IMG/VR virus record: IMGVR_UViG_3300013936_000015
Location: 32,001 to 96,000 of that record
Strand: one strand, 5' to 3'
From: a virus
Taxonomy: Duplodnaviria > Caudoviricetes
Length of the DNA stretch: 64,000 bases
The position numbers and the translations under genes are program-made. The notes beneath the pieces were generated by a model, which was given only the letters and a program-made list of their open reading frames with translations, did no database searches and was not told where the DNA came from. The stretch's first letter is position 1. Every line of letters starts with the position of its first letter. Positions 25,201 through 38,539 of this stretch are shown here, piece after piece.

Positions 25201-28200
25201 CAGCAATAGCTTCTAATTGATTTAATAAAATACTAGCCTATATTAGTCTTTTCTTTGTAGAATCATTAATAGAAAACTTAGAAGGATCACCGTCAGTAGA
25301 AACCTCACTTTTCTATAAATCTTTTAATAATTGAGAAAAATATACTGGTTCAGAAGATACTGATAAATCAAAGGCATCCAATAAACTAGTAATAGGGGTA
25401 TTAGGAAGAGAATTATCAGATAAAGCCTATTCATATTGAACAAATGGAGTTTTAAGCCCTTCTCTACGTGCATTATCTGCCAAATCTTCAACATCAACAT
25501 TAAATCCATCATCAAAATTATTTATAGTTCTTCCTACATTCTACCACCATTTCTTTCTCTATGCTTGAGCAGTCTTAAAGAACATTTGATATGTTCCTCT
25601 TAATTGAGAGGGAATAAACCCTCTGTTTTGTGCTTTTTTACCCTCTTCAATAACTTTATTATCAAAATCATCTAATACTTCTCTAGCCAATTTTTCATAA
25701 AGTTCTGGAGATATTGATACATTTTCAGTTTCTCTATTACCTACTCTCATTATTCTCTTTCCATAAGAAACTGGCATATTAGTTTCTGGATCTATTAAAG
25801 CAGATAATTGTGCATCTTCAGGTAATACAGTAGCATCCGCATCTTGATTTTCTACAGCATCCTGTAAAATTTGAAGTTTAAGAGCAGTATAATCAAATAA
25901 TAAATTAGAAGCCTCCTATGCTCCTTCTGCATCTGTTAAAAACTAATTCTAATCAACCTATGCTTCTTCATTTAAAGTTCTATTAACCTAAAGACTATTA
26001 TTTAATATTTTTTTGATATCATCATCTTGAGCTAATTGAGCATAAGTGTTTTGAATTTCATTTAGCTTATTCGCAAAAGCCTTTGTATATGCAAGATAAT
26101 TCTTAGTAGCCTAATCAATATCATTCTTCTTATCAGATTTTAGATATTCAATATAAGACCCTTTAAGAGTTTCTAACTTCTCTTTTGGAATATCCTCAAA
26201 TTTAGTATTCTCTTTTGCTTCGGCATATCCTCTAAAAGTAGCTGATTTTAAGAATGGCTGTAAGATAAGAGGTGTTGACTCTAATAATGCCGGAGCCATA
26301 AATAATGCAGCTCTTTTACCAGTATTAATATCATCAATCTTCTATTTAACCTCATCAAGCTACTTCTATTTCTTATCAATTAAATCTAAAGTAGTTTTTA
26401 CTTTAGGATCATCTTGTTTATATTTTTGATCAGGAACATTCATACTATCTTTTAATTGATAAATTTCATTATGTAACTATAATGCTTGTGTAGCAAGTGT
26501 ATTATAGTCCTAAATCATTTTACCAGCAGTAGTAGTATGGTAAAGATATTGCCATCTTAAATCTTTAAGAGTATTTGCATCAAATAAACTCTAATCATCA
26601 AGAGTAGCACCGTCCGCTTCTAAAGTAGTTTGAAGTAAATCAACCTATTTATTAATAAGGTCTTTTATATATTTATCTTGATTATCATCCTTTGTTCCCT
26701 GTTCATAACCAATGATATTGCCATTCTCATCAGTAACTGTTTTGGTGGCAGATAAATATTTATTTCCAAGAGTATCATTATTTATCATCTTTCTAAATGA
26801 TTGTAACTCTTTTGGGTTACGAAGCATATAAACCAATTCTTGAGATGCTTTCTGAAATGTCATATCTCCAGTAGATTTTGCAGTATTAAAATTTAAGGTG
26901 ACATTTCCAATACCACCACCAATAGCACCTCCCATAAATGACATTAGATAACGTGTTTGCCATCCGTCATGGCTCATTCTTGAAGAAGACCCGTTAGCTT
27001 CCTAATAAAGATTATAAGTTGCTCTTACAAAGTCTGAAAGAACCTCCTCGCTGGTTTCCTCAAAACCTTCTCCAAGAGCACTTGCTGCAGTAGATTTTAA
27101 GGTTTGTGAAAAAGTGCCCTATCTTCCTACCTTATAGTCTGCTTTGAAAATCTTCTTTCCTAGATTTATTGTTTTAGCCCATAAAGTAGATTTTGCTTGT
27201 TTTGTGGTAGCATTGGCACTTTCTATATTGAATTGTTTAATAGCATCCTTAGTAAGAGCATTTTTAATGCTTTTCATCTTCATCTTATTTGCTCTTAATT
27301 CTGGTAATACCCATTCACCAAGTCCTGTGCTTAACAATCCATATTCTGCTGCAGCATAGCCCATAGTAAGTAATGCTGCTTGTGCATCACTAGCTCCTGC
27401 CTATTTTGCCTCATCATATGTGTCATTAACAGTGAGAAGAGTCATATATGCTTTAGATAAAACAGCACCAGTATTATAATATTTACTAACATAATCCTCA
27501 ACTTGTTTAGCTGCTTTCATCTGATTAACTAATTCAAGTTGCTTAATACTATTCATAGCATTAATAGGATTTTCTTTAGTAAGTTGCTGCATTGTCATAC
27601 CAGTCTTTGCTTCTATCTTTGCGATATTCTAAGCATTAAGAGCTTTCTCAGTTTCATTGGCCATTGCCTGTTGGCCCTTTTGAGAAAGTACTCTTTTATC
27701 CATTCCAAAAATTCTGGGAAGTTGTTCAAAGAGCATTCTTTGTTGTTTTAGTTGTGCAACAGTATCACCAACCATACCAAACATATTTTCCCACGTCCAT
27801 GCTTCTTGCTGACTGTGTTCTGATCTAGTAAGCATAGGATTAGTAGCTTCTGACATTCCTTGCACAAAATTACAAAGTTTATTATCAGAGCCTAATGCTA
27901 TCTTTCCTAATGTAGAACCAATATCAAGAGCTTGTTGTAAAATAGTAGCACCTGTAATGTACTACCCTACTCCCGGAATAAACATTGCACCAACTAATGC
28001 AGCATTTTTAACAAAAGAGCCTGCTGCAGATTTCTATATATCATCACTATCAAGAAAATCAACAGAGTTTAAGGGGTTGTCTTCTGCAGTAAGCACATCA
28101 CTAAGATGTAAAATCTATCTGCCGTTAATACTTCTGCCATTTAAATTTTCATAGTAATATGTACCAGTATCAGGATTGATTTTTAATTCTCCTTTATGAT

Positions 28201-28810
28201 GCTCTATTTTCTTTTCATCAAATCCAGCCTATCCTCTTTCAATTCCATTAATATCAATATCATTATCATATTGTGCAAGTGCTCTTACATCTGTAAGATT
28301 TCCAAAGAAGGATGCTTCTGGAGAATCTTTCCATGATTTAGAAGCAGGATCCCACACTTTCTGACTCTATGCAATTTCTGCTGCTGTCTTTGTTCTAGGA
28401 CCAGTCTATCCGGGGCGTATCATTCCCTCAGTAACCCGATCTGGATTAAACTAATGAGTATTAATACTAAATTCAGGAGAGTAATCCACAGCTTCATGAG
28501 GAGCAAATAAATCATATTTGCTATACTTCATCTAAAATTCATTTTCTGCTTCTTTGACCAACTAATCCTATGCTAATTGATTATAAGCAAATGCAGAAGT
28601 ATTGTATATTTTATTAAAATTAGGTTGACTAAAGTTATTATTACTATCTTTAAATAAGTCATTATCCTAAATCTAAGAAGAATTTTCATATGTATCCTTA
28701 GATTGAAAAGAAGTGTTGGTAACATTTAAACCAACACTCTAAAAGTCTTGTACGTTAAATGATGGATTAGCCATTACATTTAACAACATATCATTTTCCT
28801 TTTGCTCCAT
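19241..28810 (-). CDS. Giant putative virion cargo protein (~3189 aa, TAG=Gln) with an SF1 helicase domain
   Basis: Ten supplied fragments are in frame with ATG 28810; ends TAA 19241. Walker A FGNAGCGKS (~24270), Walker B VILIDEVS (~23920), motif III LGDLD(Q), motif V SAQGEE, motif VI VYTAVTRA (~23250). Confidence 0.82.
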
Positions 28811-30702
28811 TACATTTGTAAATTACCCGGATTATTATATTTCTATCTTATATAGTCTCTTGTTTGCTGTTGTCTGTTCATAGCCTATGCTTCATTAGCA
28901 TCCATTTTGATTCCGCTTCCAGTATAATAATCAACAAAGTTATCAGACATTGGAATAAAGACAGTACCCTAATAAAGAGTGTCTCCTCCCATTCCAAAGA
29001 ATCCATTATCTAATTTGTAATCTTTATATGATTCTTTATTAAATCTTCTAATACCCTGATTATATGCATCTCTAGAAGCACTATCTCCTACTTCAAATAA
29101 TTCAGAATCACCTAAATCATTTCCTTGTAATGCTGTCTCAGAACCTTCACCAGCAACCATCATAAATCTTCTATATGGAGCAGACAATTTACCAGAACTG
29201 TCATATTTAGCCTCTAATCCATTTTCAGCATAAATCTGATTAATTGCCTGTTTTTGAACATTAGTGAGCTTATCTTGTGGAATATTAGCAAGACCCCCTA
29301 ATTGCTCTTGATTAACCTTTTCTATCTTTTCAATTAATGCTAAATCTGGAGTAATAATACCTTGTTGAGCCTTTTCTTGATCAATAGGTAACTCAGTTTC
29401 ATAAACTCTACCATTCAACATAATCATATTAGCCATATTAGGATTAATCTTAACACCATTCATAGATGCCTGACTAATGTCTCCCATACTACCAAGTCTT
29501 CCATTACCAAGTTCTTCAAGAGTAGTAGTAGATAACGGATGTCCAGAAGCATCAAGCATTGCAATGGATGTAACGTTCATATCTAATCCTACCTGTCCAG
29601 CCCCCTTTGTTCTTAGTTTAAAGTGGTCTTTTTTACCATAACCACTAGCAAACTGAACTGCAGGATCTGTATCAACATCTTTAATAGGATTGCCGTTTTG
29701 ATCAGTCTTACTACTCTTAGCAGAGCCGTCTAAATTCATATTCTTCATATAAGAAGAAGTGAAGCTAACTTCTGAAGAAGTCTTACCCATTACAATTTCC
29801 TTAATAAGACCATATGCACCATTTTGTGTGCCATCAGAATTAAGCATAAGATAAGACCTCTGAGCAGAATTAAGATTTCTATAAATGGCATCTACAGCCA
29901 TCTATGCTTGTGCCTACTAGGTCTTACTTTTATAATGTTGTTTATAAACACCATCCATAGGACCTACACCAGCTTCTTTAATAGCTTGAATACCTTTAGC
30001 AATCTAATTACCCTATCTATAAGCATATCCATCTTGTTCAGTAGTAGAACTTCCCAAATTAGATGCAATAGCATTAATAGTATTCTTAATACTATCAAAA
30101 GACACGCCATTCTTTACGACATCTAAAACAGAATTATCAAATGCCATATTAGGGTTATGTCGTCTGTCAGAAAGTAAATCTGAATTTCTACATATAGCAG
30201 CTTTACCTGATTGTGCCAGCTAAATAGCCTATTTAGGAGTTACCATCTGATAACCATTAGCTGTTCTCATTACTACTCGTCCATCAGAACTGATAGCTGC
30301 TTCAGAAAGTGTCTTATTAGATTTTGCAATATCAAATGTCTCTTTATAATCTTCTTTCGCCTCTATTACTTTATTTACTAAATTTAATGTTCTATAATAT
30401 GCTGCAGCAGTACCCCCTGTACCAAAAGCACTGTCATAAGTAGCCTATTTTGCTAGCTAACTAGTGACCACAGCTACATCATTATCTAATCCCTTCAATC
30501 CCTTCACAAGTTCCATTGTATCTTTAGAAGTATCACTACTTTTAGCTTTTGCTGCTTCTGCTTGATCTTGCTTGCTTTGCATATTAGCAACAGTAGCTAA
30601 AAAAGCATTTGGGGATTGTTTATTTACAAGAGTAGGACTAAAAGAAGCTAGAAAGGGGGCAAAAGCACCCCCATTCTAAAACTTTTTAAATTGTATTCTC
30701 AT
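28810..30702 (-). CDS. Putative virion cargo protein (~630 aa, TAG=Gln)
   Basis: Starts MRIQFKKF(Q)NGG, in frame with the 310-aa fragment. TAATG stop/start overlap at 28810. Confidence 0.7.
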
Positions 30703-30703
30703 A

Positions 30704-33700
30704 TTAATATTTTGCTTGTCTCATTTTACCAAATTGTTTCCAAAAGGCATCTAACTTAGCTTTCCACTATTTGTAAAGTCTATCATTAGTTTTATTATCC
30801 TCCTTTACCATTGTATCATAAGAAAGATTGTTTCTTTTTACTTTAGTACCTTTCTTTGCTTTAATAGGAGGAGTACCTGCTGGAGGTGTATATGAACCAG
30901 TTGGAGTAAATACTCTCATACCATTATATCGAACCTTTGCTAAATCAGCAATTCTTTTAAGATAATCAACACTCTTTTCATATCCTAATGAAGATAGCTC
31001 ATTCTGCATTTGAGTAAGAATAGCAGTCTACTCTTCTTCTGTTTTAGCTGCATCATATTTCTTCTTATATGCTGCCTGAATAGCAGCTATCTTAGGATTA
31101 TATGAAAGTTCATTATCTAACAATGCAGACTATGCATCGACCCATTGCTGAGTCTACTCTTTATTCTACTGCTTTTCAATAGCAGGCTTTTCTACATAAG
31201 TCTACCACCAAGTTTTCCAATTATTATGGTTCATGGTGTTAGTACTCAACATAACATTAGCCCTCTCTCTTTCATTAGCAATCAGATTCTTATAATTATT
31301 ATTAGCAACCTATACTCTTCTGGCAAGATTAGCATCAGCATGCTATTTAGCAACTTCTGCAGTTTTTTCAATCTTTGCATTATCAGCAGCCTTTCCTTTA
31401 GCAGATAGATCTGCAGCTTGTGACATTCCCTGCATCTAAATAGCATTTGCCCTATCAGCATCAGAAGTATTTGCAGCATTCATAGCTGCAATATTTTGTG
31501 TGGCTGCTCCTGCCTATTGATAAGCATTCTATGTTGCATAATCACCTCTTACTGGCGCAAATGTGTCATAAGTCTTTTCTAATACTGGATTTAAATAACT
31601 TAAATATAAATCCCTTTGTTTATTATTAAATTTATTATCAGACATTGCCTGCCTTAATCCAAGTAAAGCAGGTGTAAGCTCTTTTAATTTATCAATAACT
31701 GGACGTAAAGTATCTTTAGGCCCGTTTTCTGGAGTAATACCTGCAACATTCTGTCCAGTGGTTCTTCTTAGATAATAATATCCATCATTACCAAGATACT
31801 GTTCCATTCCAATAGATTTTAATCTATTGTTCCAATCAGTAAGCTATTCGGTAGTAAAATCTCCCTGTCTTCCAAGAAGTCTTCTATCATCGGTCTAACC
31901 ACTATATGAACCGTCAGGTCTCCAATTAGAAACTGAAGAATCACCTCCATTTCTTTTTTCATGACCAATATATCTATATCTTCCTGCTTCCCAAGCAGGT
32001 TGAATGGCACGTGCATTATATCCATGTTTTTCATGATTTCTACTTAAAGAATCAGCATCATAATCTTTCTGATAAGATCTTACATCGTCTGCAGAACCAT
32101 TATATGCCTACTCAATAAAATTACCATTTGCGCCTCCTGCCGCCTAATAAAGACCATGATGCCTTGTCTACATTTTATTAAGGAAGTCCATATACTGATT
32201 ATCATTACCATATGTTTGTAACTGACTAAGTATATAATCCTATGTTGGAGAGAATATATTTCCATACCAAGTAGTATTATTTTGTGTATTATTAATACCA
32301 CCATTACCGGGAGTATTTCCACCGGCAGCAAATTTTAATACTCCGCCATATTCATATTTGATAGCAGCAAGAGCGTCTTTTGCATTCTAAAGAGCATTAG
32401 GATTAGTACTGTTTGCACTTTTAGCTTCCAAAGTAATAATACGTGAAATTACATCAAAGAGTTCTTTTCTAATATCTTTATCTTGTCTAGTAGCTTTTCT
32501 TCCTGCTCTGTCCTGCCCCTTTCCTGTCATTATCTATTTAAAAGTGTCAATGACATCTTTATCTGAAGTAGATAATTTATCAACCGTTGCTTTATGATTG
32601 TCTAAAAACTTATTAAGTTGGTCTGGTTTAATAGCTTTACCCTCTGTCTATGTATGAGCAAAGATATTCTATATTTCAGATTTAATATTATCAACAGAAC
32701 TAAAATCAGTTTTATTAGTAACTGGAGCAGTCCCACCAGTAGGAGTAGGTCCACTATTTGTGGTATTTCCACCAGTAGATGTATTTCCACCAGTAGATGT
32801 ATTTCCACCGGCAGAAGAATGAGTTGTATTTCCACCAGTAGATGTTGTAGAAGTATTAGAATTTACAGGTTTGCCTTGAACAGTAGGTGTTGCAACTCCC
32901 CATCTTGGCATAGAAAGATGAGGAAATTTTATTGAAGATTTTCCACCTGCATAGACATCATAATTAGTATTAAAGAATTTAGAAAGAATAGGATGTTTCT
33001 ATATCCTAGTCTGATTCTTATTGTACCTATCCGTATAATCAGTACTGCCATTAATACGTGCCTCCCCAGTTTCTTCCAAATTCTTTTGTTTAAATCTGGA
33101 AAGAGGATTAAATGAACGTGTTTCTGGTCTAAAATTATCAGTTACTGAATATGAGTCGGCATTCTTTACCTTATTTTCATTTAATGCTTCCTAAAGTTTT
33201 GTATTTGCGTCTTTCTAAGTTTTTGCTTTATTAATAGCTTTTATCTATTTAGGAGTAAGATTTACTTCTGCTTTCTAGTCACCTTGCTTAACATTAACAC
33301 TTCTAGCTGCCTTTGGTTGACTATTTTGATATTCTTGTCTTTCTGCAGAATAATATCGATTCTTACCTGCCTAAACACCCATCTGTCCTATTCCAAATAC
33401 GGCTCGGGCGGCACTCATAAAGTTCTTATAGTCGGTTGTTGTCAGATCATCTCCATTTACCATCTTAGTAAGAGAATCTCTAACATTCTTATCAAATGCA
33501 AGTCCTGTGGCATTTGCTCCTGCAATAATCCTAGGTGCCCATTTCATTAATTTAGCACCAAGAGAACCTGCCTTACCTCCGGGAAGTAATCCTAAAGCAC
33601 CATATCCTAGATTTACTAAAGCATTCTTTGCAACATCTCCAGCAGTCATACTATCGTCCATTATATCTGCTGTGAGATCAGTTCCCATAGATGTAAGTCC

Positions 33701-35479
33701 TAATACACCTGCTGCGGCAGTTCCATAGCCAGTAAAAGCAGATGCTACTAGTGCTGCTGCATCCTGTACAACACCTGCCAAACGCCACTTGTCAGCAGCA
33801 CTTAATTCCCAGTTACCATTTTCACGAACCTTTTTATTGGCAGCTTTCTCATATGAAGACATTGATGCTTCCTTCTTTCTAGCTGCCTGTTGTTTAGCAA
33901 GCTGTACTTGTCTTTGTACTGCCTATTGTTGTCTAGCCTATGCAAGGGCTGTATTATATTGACCTGTAAAATTATTATTATAACCAAAAACTGCACCACT
34001 TTGTGCTTTTAATATTCCACCATTTTTCTATTGTGGAACATCTTCTTGTGAGGTATCTGTCTATGGTTCTTCTTGTGTTTGAGTTTGTGTCTATTGAGTA
34101 CTTTGATCCTAATTAGCATTATAAACATCTGGATATAAATCTTTAAGAATAAATTGTAAAAGTTTATATCTATTCTATCCTTCTTGACTAATATTAGGAT
34201 CACCAATATTCGCCCAATAGATTCTATAATTTCTAGTATCAAATAAAGCTACTTTTCCAGTATTAAGATTCATAGAATATGGAATTACCATAGTTTCCCT
34301 ACCATAATAATTAAATTTGGTAATTTCTGGATTATCAACATCCAGTCTTAATAACATAGATTTTAATAATAATCCATTGGAAAAGTTTCTTCCATTTACT
34401 TTTATATCCTAACGAGTACACCAAGAAGAAAAATATTTCTTTCCTTGTGACAAAGACTATCCTGCAGTTTTAAAAAAATCATCATCACTGTTATATCTAT
34501 TTGATTTTAATACTTCTCCAATGGCAGTACCATTTGCTAAAGGTCCGTTCGGTCCCGCAGAAAGAGTTCCTATATTATGAGTGTCATATACATCATCAGA
34601 GTGATTACTCTAAGCTCTAAATGCTTTATATTGATTATACAGTCTGCTTCCCGTCTCTTGTGCTTTCTATGTAAGAGATTCAACAGATTCACCATTAACT
34701 ACATCATAATTATCATCCTATCCTCCAGAAGTATCTCCTCCAGAAGTAAATCCTCCAGAAGTATCTCCAGAACCATCATCATTAGGATTACCTGCATCAT
34801 CAGAAAGTAATGTTCTTAAATCAAATCCAAGTCTGGCAGCATTAACATAATCATTATTATTTAATACTCCGTCTGCAAGACTCTGTTTAAGAGCATCTAA
34901 TCTAGACCTAACATCACTCATACCGTTAAAGGTATCAGAAACATCATTATAATCATCCAAATTAATAGAATTGAGATATCCTAAAACAGCATTAATTCTG
35001 TTAGTTTTTCCTCTTTTTCCATCTTTGCCTACTGGATCTAAATCTTTCCAAATCTACAGATCATAGTTAGGATTTCCGCCATATTGGTAATTATTCCAAC
35101 CATTTGATAAAGTAGTATTATCAAATCTATTTATCTTAGTATTCATCTTCATCTGGCCAATCATCCAATCTCCAATCTTTGATGCATATCCAATATTAAC
35201 AGCTCCAGCACCATTTCTGGTTGTATCTAATCCAGAGCCATCAACATTGTTTATATCTATTGTTCCATTATTAATTTGTGAGATGTTACCATCCTATATG
35301 TTCTTGATTAATGCGTCCTTCTATGCTACAATCTCCTCCTATTGCCCTTTCGACCACATATCCTTATAAGTATTAAAGAAAGCATCATATTGACTATTTA
35401 ATTGGGAGATATAATCATTTCTATTAACATCAACACCATTGATTTTAATAGTAGGCTGCATATTTGTATTTTCTGCCAT
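30704..35479 (-). CDS. Large putative virion cargo/ejection protein (~1591 aa, TAG=Gln)
   Basis: Fragments 34960, 34357, 33862, 32911, 31807 and 31009 are in frame with ATG 35479. Contains Gly/Ala-rich hydrophobic helices and G/T-rich linkers. Ends TAA 30704. Confidence 0.72.
32763..32845. repeat. Intragenic 18-bp tandem repeats encoding a GGNTST linker
   Basis: GTATTTCCACCAGTAGAT occurs 3-4 times. Confidence 0.8.
34722..34772. repeat. Intragenic 15-bp tandem repeats encoding DTSGG/FTSGG
   Basis: CCTCCAGAAGTA(TCT/AAT) three times. Confidence 0.75.
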
Positions 35480-35487
35480 ATTATATA

Positions 35488-35529
35488 AAAAAATAAAGGG
35501 AAACATACTCAGTATGCTCCCCTTTTATT
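35488..35529 (-). terminator. Intrinsic terminator after the Gln-rich gene
   Basis: Plus strand AAAATAAAGGGAAACATACT-C-AGTATGCTCCCCTTTTATT hairpin; the A-run reads as a U-tract on the minus strand. Confidence 0.6.
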
Positions 35530-35530
35530 A

Positions 35531-35857
35531 TTACTTAATTCTATAAGAAAGTTTTCCACCTGCTCTGTATACTGGCTCGCCCTCATCAGCAGTGCCTTGT
35601 TCGGGAGCACCTTGAGCACTCTGAGCACCTTGCTGTGCCAACTGGATTAAAACTTGACAAACCTGCATAGCAGTCTCACAATCTCTATTCTGAATAGCTT
35701 GTGCAGCTGCTTCAATTAATTGTGCCATAGGATCTTGGCTCTCCCCCTGCTGAGGAGCACCCTGCTCTTGCTGTGCACCTTCTTGAGGAGCACCCTGAGG
35801 TGCTTGCTCTTGAGGAGCCGCACCACCCTGCTGAAATTTTCTAAAAACTAAATTCAT
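35531..35857 (-). CDS. Small Gln/Ala/Gly/Pro-rich putative internal virion protein (108 aa, no TAG)
   Basis: RKFQQGG at the N-terminus, VYRAGGKL at the C-terminus, low-complexity QGAP repeats. Confidence 0.75.
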   Translation of the reverse strand: MNLVFRKFQQGGAAPQEQAPQGAPQEGAQQEQGAPQQGESQDPMAQLIEAAAQAIQNRDCETAMQVCQVLIQLAQQGAQSAQGAPEQGTADEGEPVYRAGGKLSYRIK

Positions 35858-35954
35858 AAATATTTACTATTTTACGTTTAAAAAGAAATTATTAATACTA
35901 TTAATATATGGTTAGTATTGATAATATATTTGTTTAAAAAATTATTAATAGATA

Positions 35955-36521
35955 TTAATTTGATTTCTTTTCAACATATTCAGGTTTTCGCTCATCTTGT
36001 TTTTTGAGCACTTTAAACATATATCTACCAAGTGATTTATAATCTGAATCCTTTTTAGTCTAATTAGCTTTCTTAGCTTTCTTAATAAGAATCTTTGTTT
36101 CTCTACGGGAAACAATACGTTCTCCTCCCCATAAATCCATCTACGAACTACCGTCAGGAGCAAGAACCTTCATAACAGGCTCTTCATCATCTTCAAAATC
36201 TAAATAATCCCCTTTCTTAATTCCACTATCCTTATTTAATTCAACGACATAGGAAACATTATCACAAGAAAGCATTGTATCATCATTAGGCTTTCCCTGC
36301 TTTACATCAATAACTTCCTAATCATCATTAATAAAGATAATGTCTAATGGAATATTAGTATTATGCATCCACATACTAACCTTTGAGGGTTCTTCCCAAT
36401 AAAAAATCATTCCCTCATCTTTAGGAAGAGAATTTATATTCATTAAACCTTGCTCTTTCTCTTTAGGTGAAATAGCTTCTTTTACCTTAAAAGGTTTATT
36501 TCCTAATTTAATATTTATCAT
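35955..36521 (-). CDS. DUF192-domain protein (~188 aa, TAG=Gln)
   Basis: EQGLM...LPKDEGMIF...MWMHNTNIPLDIIFI..., continuing through TAG to YVVELN. Ends TAA 35955. Confidence 0.85.
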
Positions 36522-38539
36522 TTTTTCTCCCTCCTAACATATTTATAATACTATAAAGGATTTCCATTTTCATCAGTAGTTATTAACTTCCAATCTGCTT
36601 TGAAATTTCTTCCATCTGGAGAATTATACCACTCCTGTTCTTTATAAATAGTAGGATGGTTAGGAGTTTTTAGAAATTCATATTCCCCAGTATCTTCATT
36701 ATATGCTACAGAACCTGTATGATATCCCTTATCTTCTGGATTCCATTCATATATCTTATCATAAGGATTAAATACTGGAGGTTTACCATTTAACTCCCAA
36801 AATCTTCTAAGTCTATATTCTTTGGGATCAGTATTTGCTAAATTAGAAGGAAGTGAATTTCTATAAATCTCATATTTTTCATCATCAGGAATCTCTCCCC
36901 CCTTTTGTAAACTAGTGGGGGTAGTTCCTAATAAATTAGAGAATTGTCTTGCTCTGGCATTTCCTCCATTTAAAGATCTATAGAAACTATCTGTCTATTG
37001 TTGACTTAACTATTCATTCTTTTGTTTCTATTCCTTACCAGCTTTTATACCATTTCCAACCGCTTTTGCTCCTTCAATTACTGCCTTACCAACCTATTTA
37101 AGTGTCTATTGTTTCTAATCATCATCCTCTTGATCAGTAGGGTTCTAATTGTCTGTAGGCTCTTCAAAATAAGAAGTAGCTAATCCTTGTTGGGCCTATC
37201 TTTCTATTGAAGAATTATCAGGAATATTTGGAGTTGAAGGAGTTGTAGATGAAGAAACAGGAATAGGAGCACTAGGATTCAAAGCACCATCTATTAATTT
37301 CCGTGTCTACTCAGCAGGTGTCTACTCAACAGGTGTCAACTTAATAGGAGTCCATTTACTCCAATCAATTGCCTATGCCAGAGCAGAACCCATCTATGCT
37401 TTTAATATTCCACCCTCCTTAAATTTAGACATCAACTTACTATTGTCCTAAGTATTCTCAAGAATTTCTTTTACCAATAATTTACCACACTCTAAAGCAG
37501 CTTCTTCTGAGCCGTCCTTAGCATACGCCTCAATTTTATCAGTAACCTCTTTTCTAAAGATAATTTCATCTCGTTCTATTTCTGCCTACTGGTTTCCATC
37601 TTTATCAACTACTGGAATACCTTTCTATGTCAACTCTTCAGTATCTGCCATATGATGTAATCGGGCGTGTAATGCTCCGTCTGGGATGATATTAAAAGAA
37701 CCTCCCTTTTGGAATTTATCTATATCAAGGACACCACCAGTCCGTTTGGACTCTACTTCTTTATCCCTCACTTTGTGGGCAATCTTCTTGGCCTTCTTGA
37801 TAATATCAAGTTTTATTCCCTATCTTCCTAAATATGTTCGAGCATCATACCCACCATTTATCTAATTCATATATCTCTAACTATTAAAATCAGACATATT
37901 ACTTGCTAAATTTGCTCTTTCTTGTGCATCAATATTGATAGCTTTCATCTAGTCCATTTGTCTATTTGCCTCATTAATCTATCTATTTGCTTTTCTTCTA
38001 GCACCTCCACTAATCAGACCATATTTCTTATTAGCCCTCTTAGAAGCAGCATTATAACCTGCTATGGAACCACTATAATCACTGCCTACTCCTGCCATTG
38101 CATCTTTAGCTGCTAAAGAATTATCAATATTTACAGATCTCTTGCCAAATAATCCATTAATAGCACCAAGATTAGAAGCAAAAAGAGAAGAACCTAATAT
38201 ACTATCCCCTGTTGTCATTCCGTCAGTACCTGCTCCTAAAGTATTAAGAGCATTGCCTAGTAGTTTATTTCCTGCCATTCCTGCAGAAATAAATCCTCCT
38301 ATTCCCGGAATAAATCCAGCAGCATTCATCAGACCGTCATAGGCGGTATCTATTCCTTTGGTTACTCCCCCATTTTCTCCAGAATATTCTGATTTTTCAG
38401 GAAATAAATCAGCAAGCATATTAGCAGCCTGTCCTGCAAGAGCAACAACATTGGGATTTTTTAATCCACCTTTGAAGGCATCTTTTAGATTATCTATACC
38501 GTTAGCAGCAGCATCAGAAATTGTCTATGTTATACTCAT
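36518..38539 (-). CDS. Putative virion cargo protein (~673 aa, TAG=Gln)
   Basis: Gly-rich hydrophobic N-terminal half, NIIPDGALHAR...AEIERDEIIF domain and several xxGG motifs. ATGA overlaps at both ends. Confidence 0.7.

Noticed and set aside
32763-34772. Short direct repeats as a CRISPR array
   Set aside because: They are 15-18 bp, codon-phased, lack unique spacers and encode Gly/Thr/Ser linkers.
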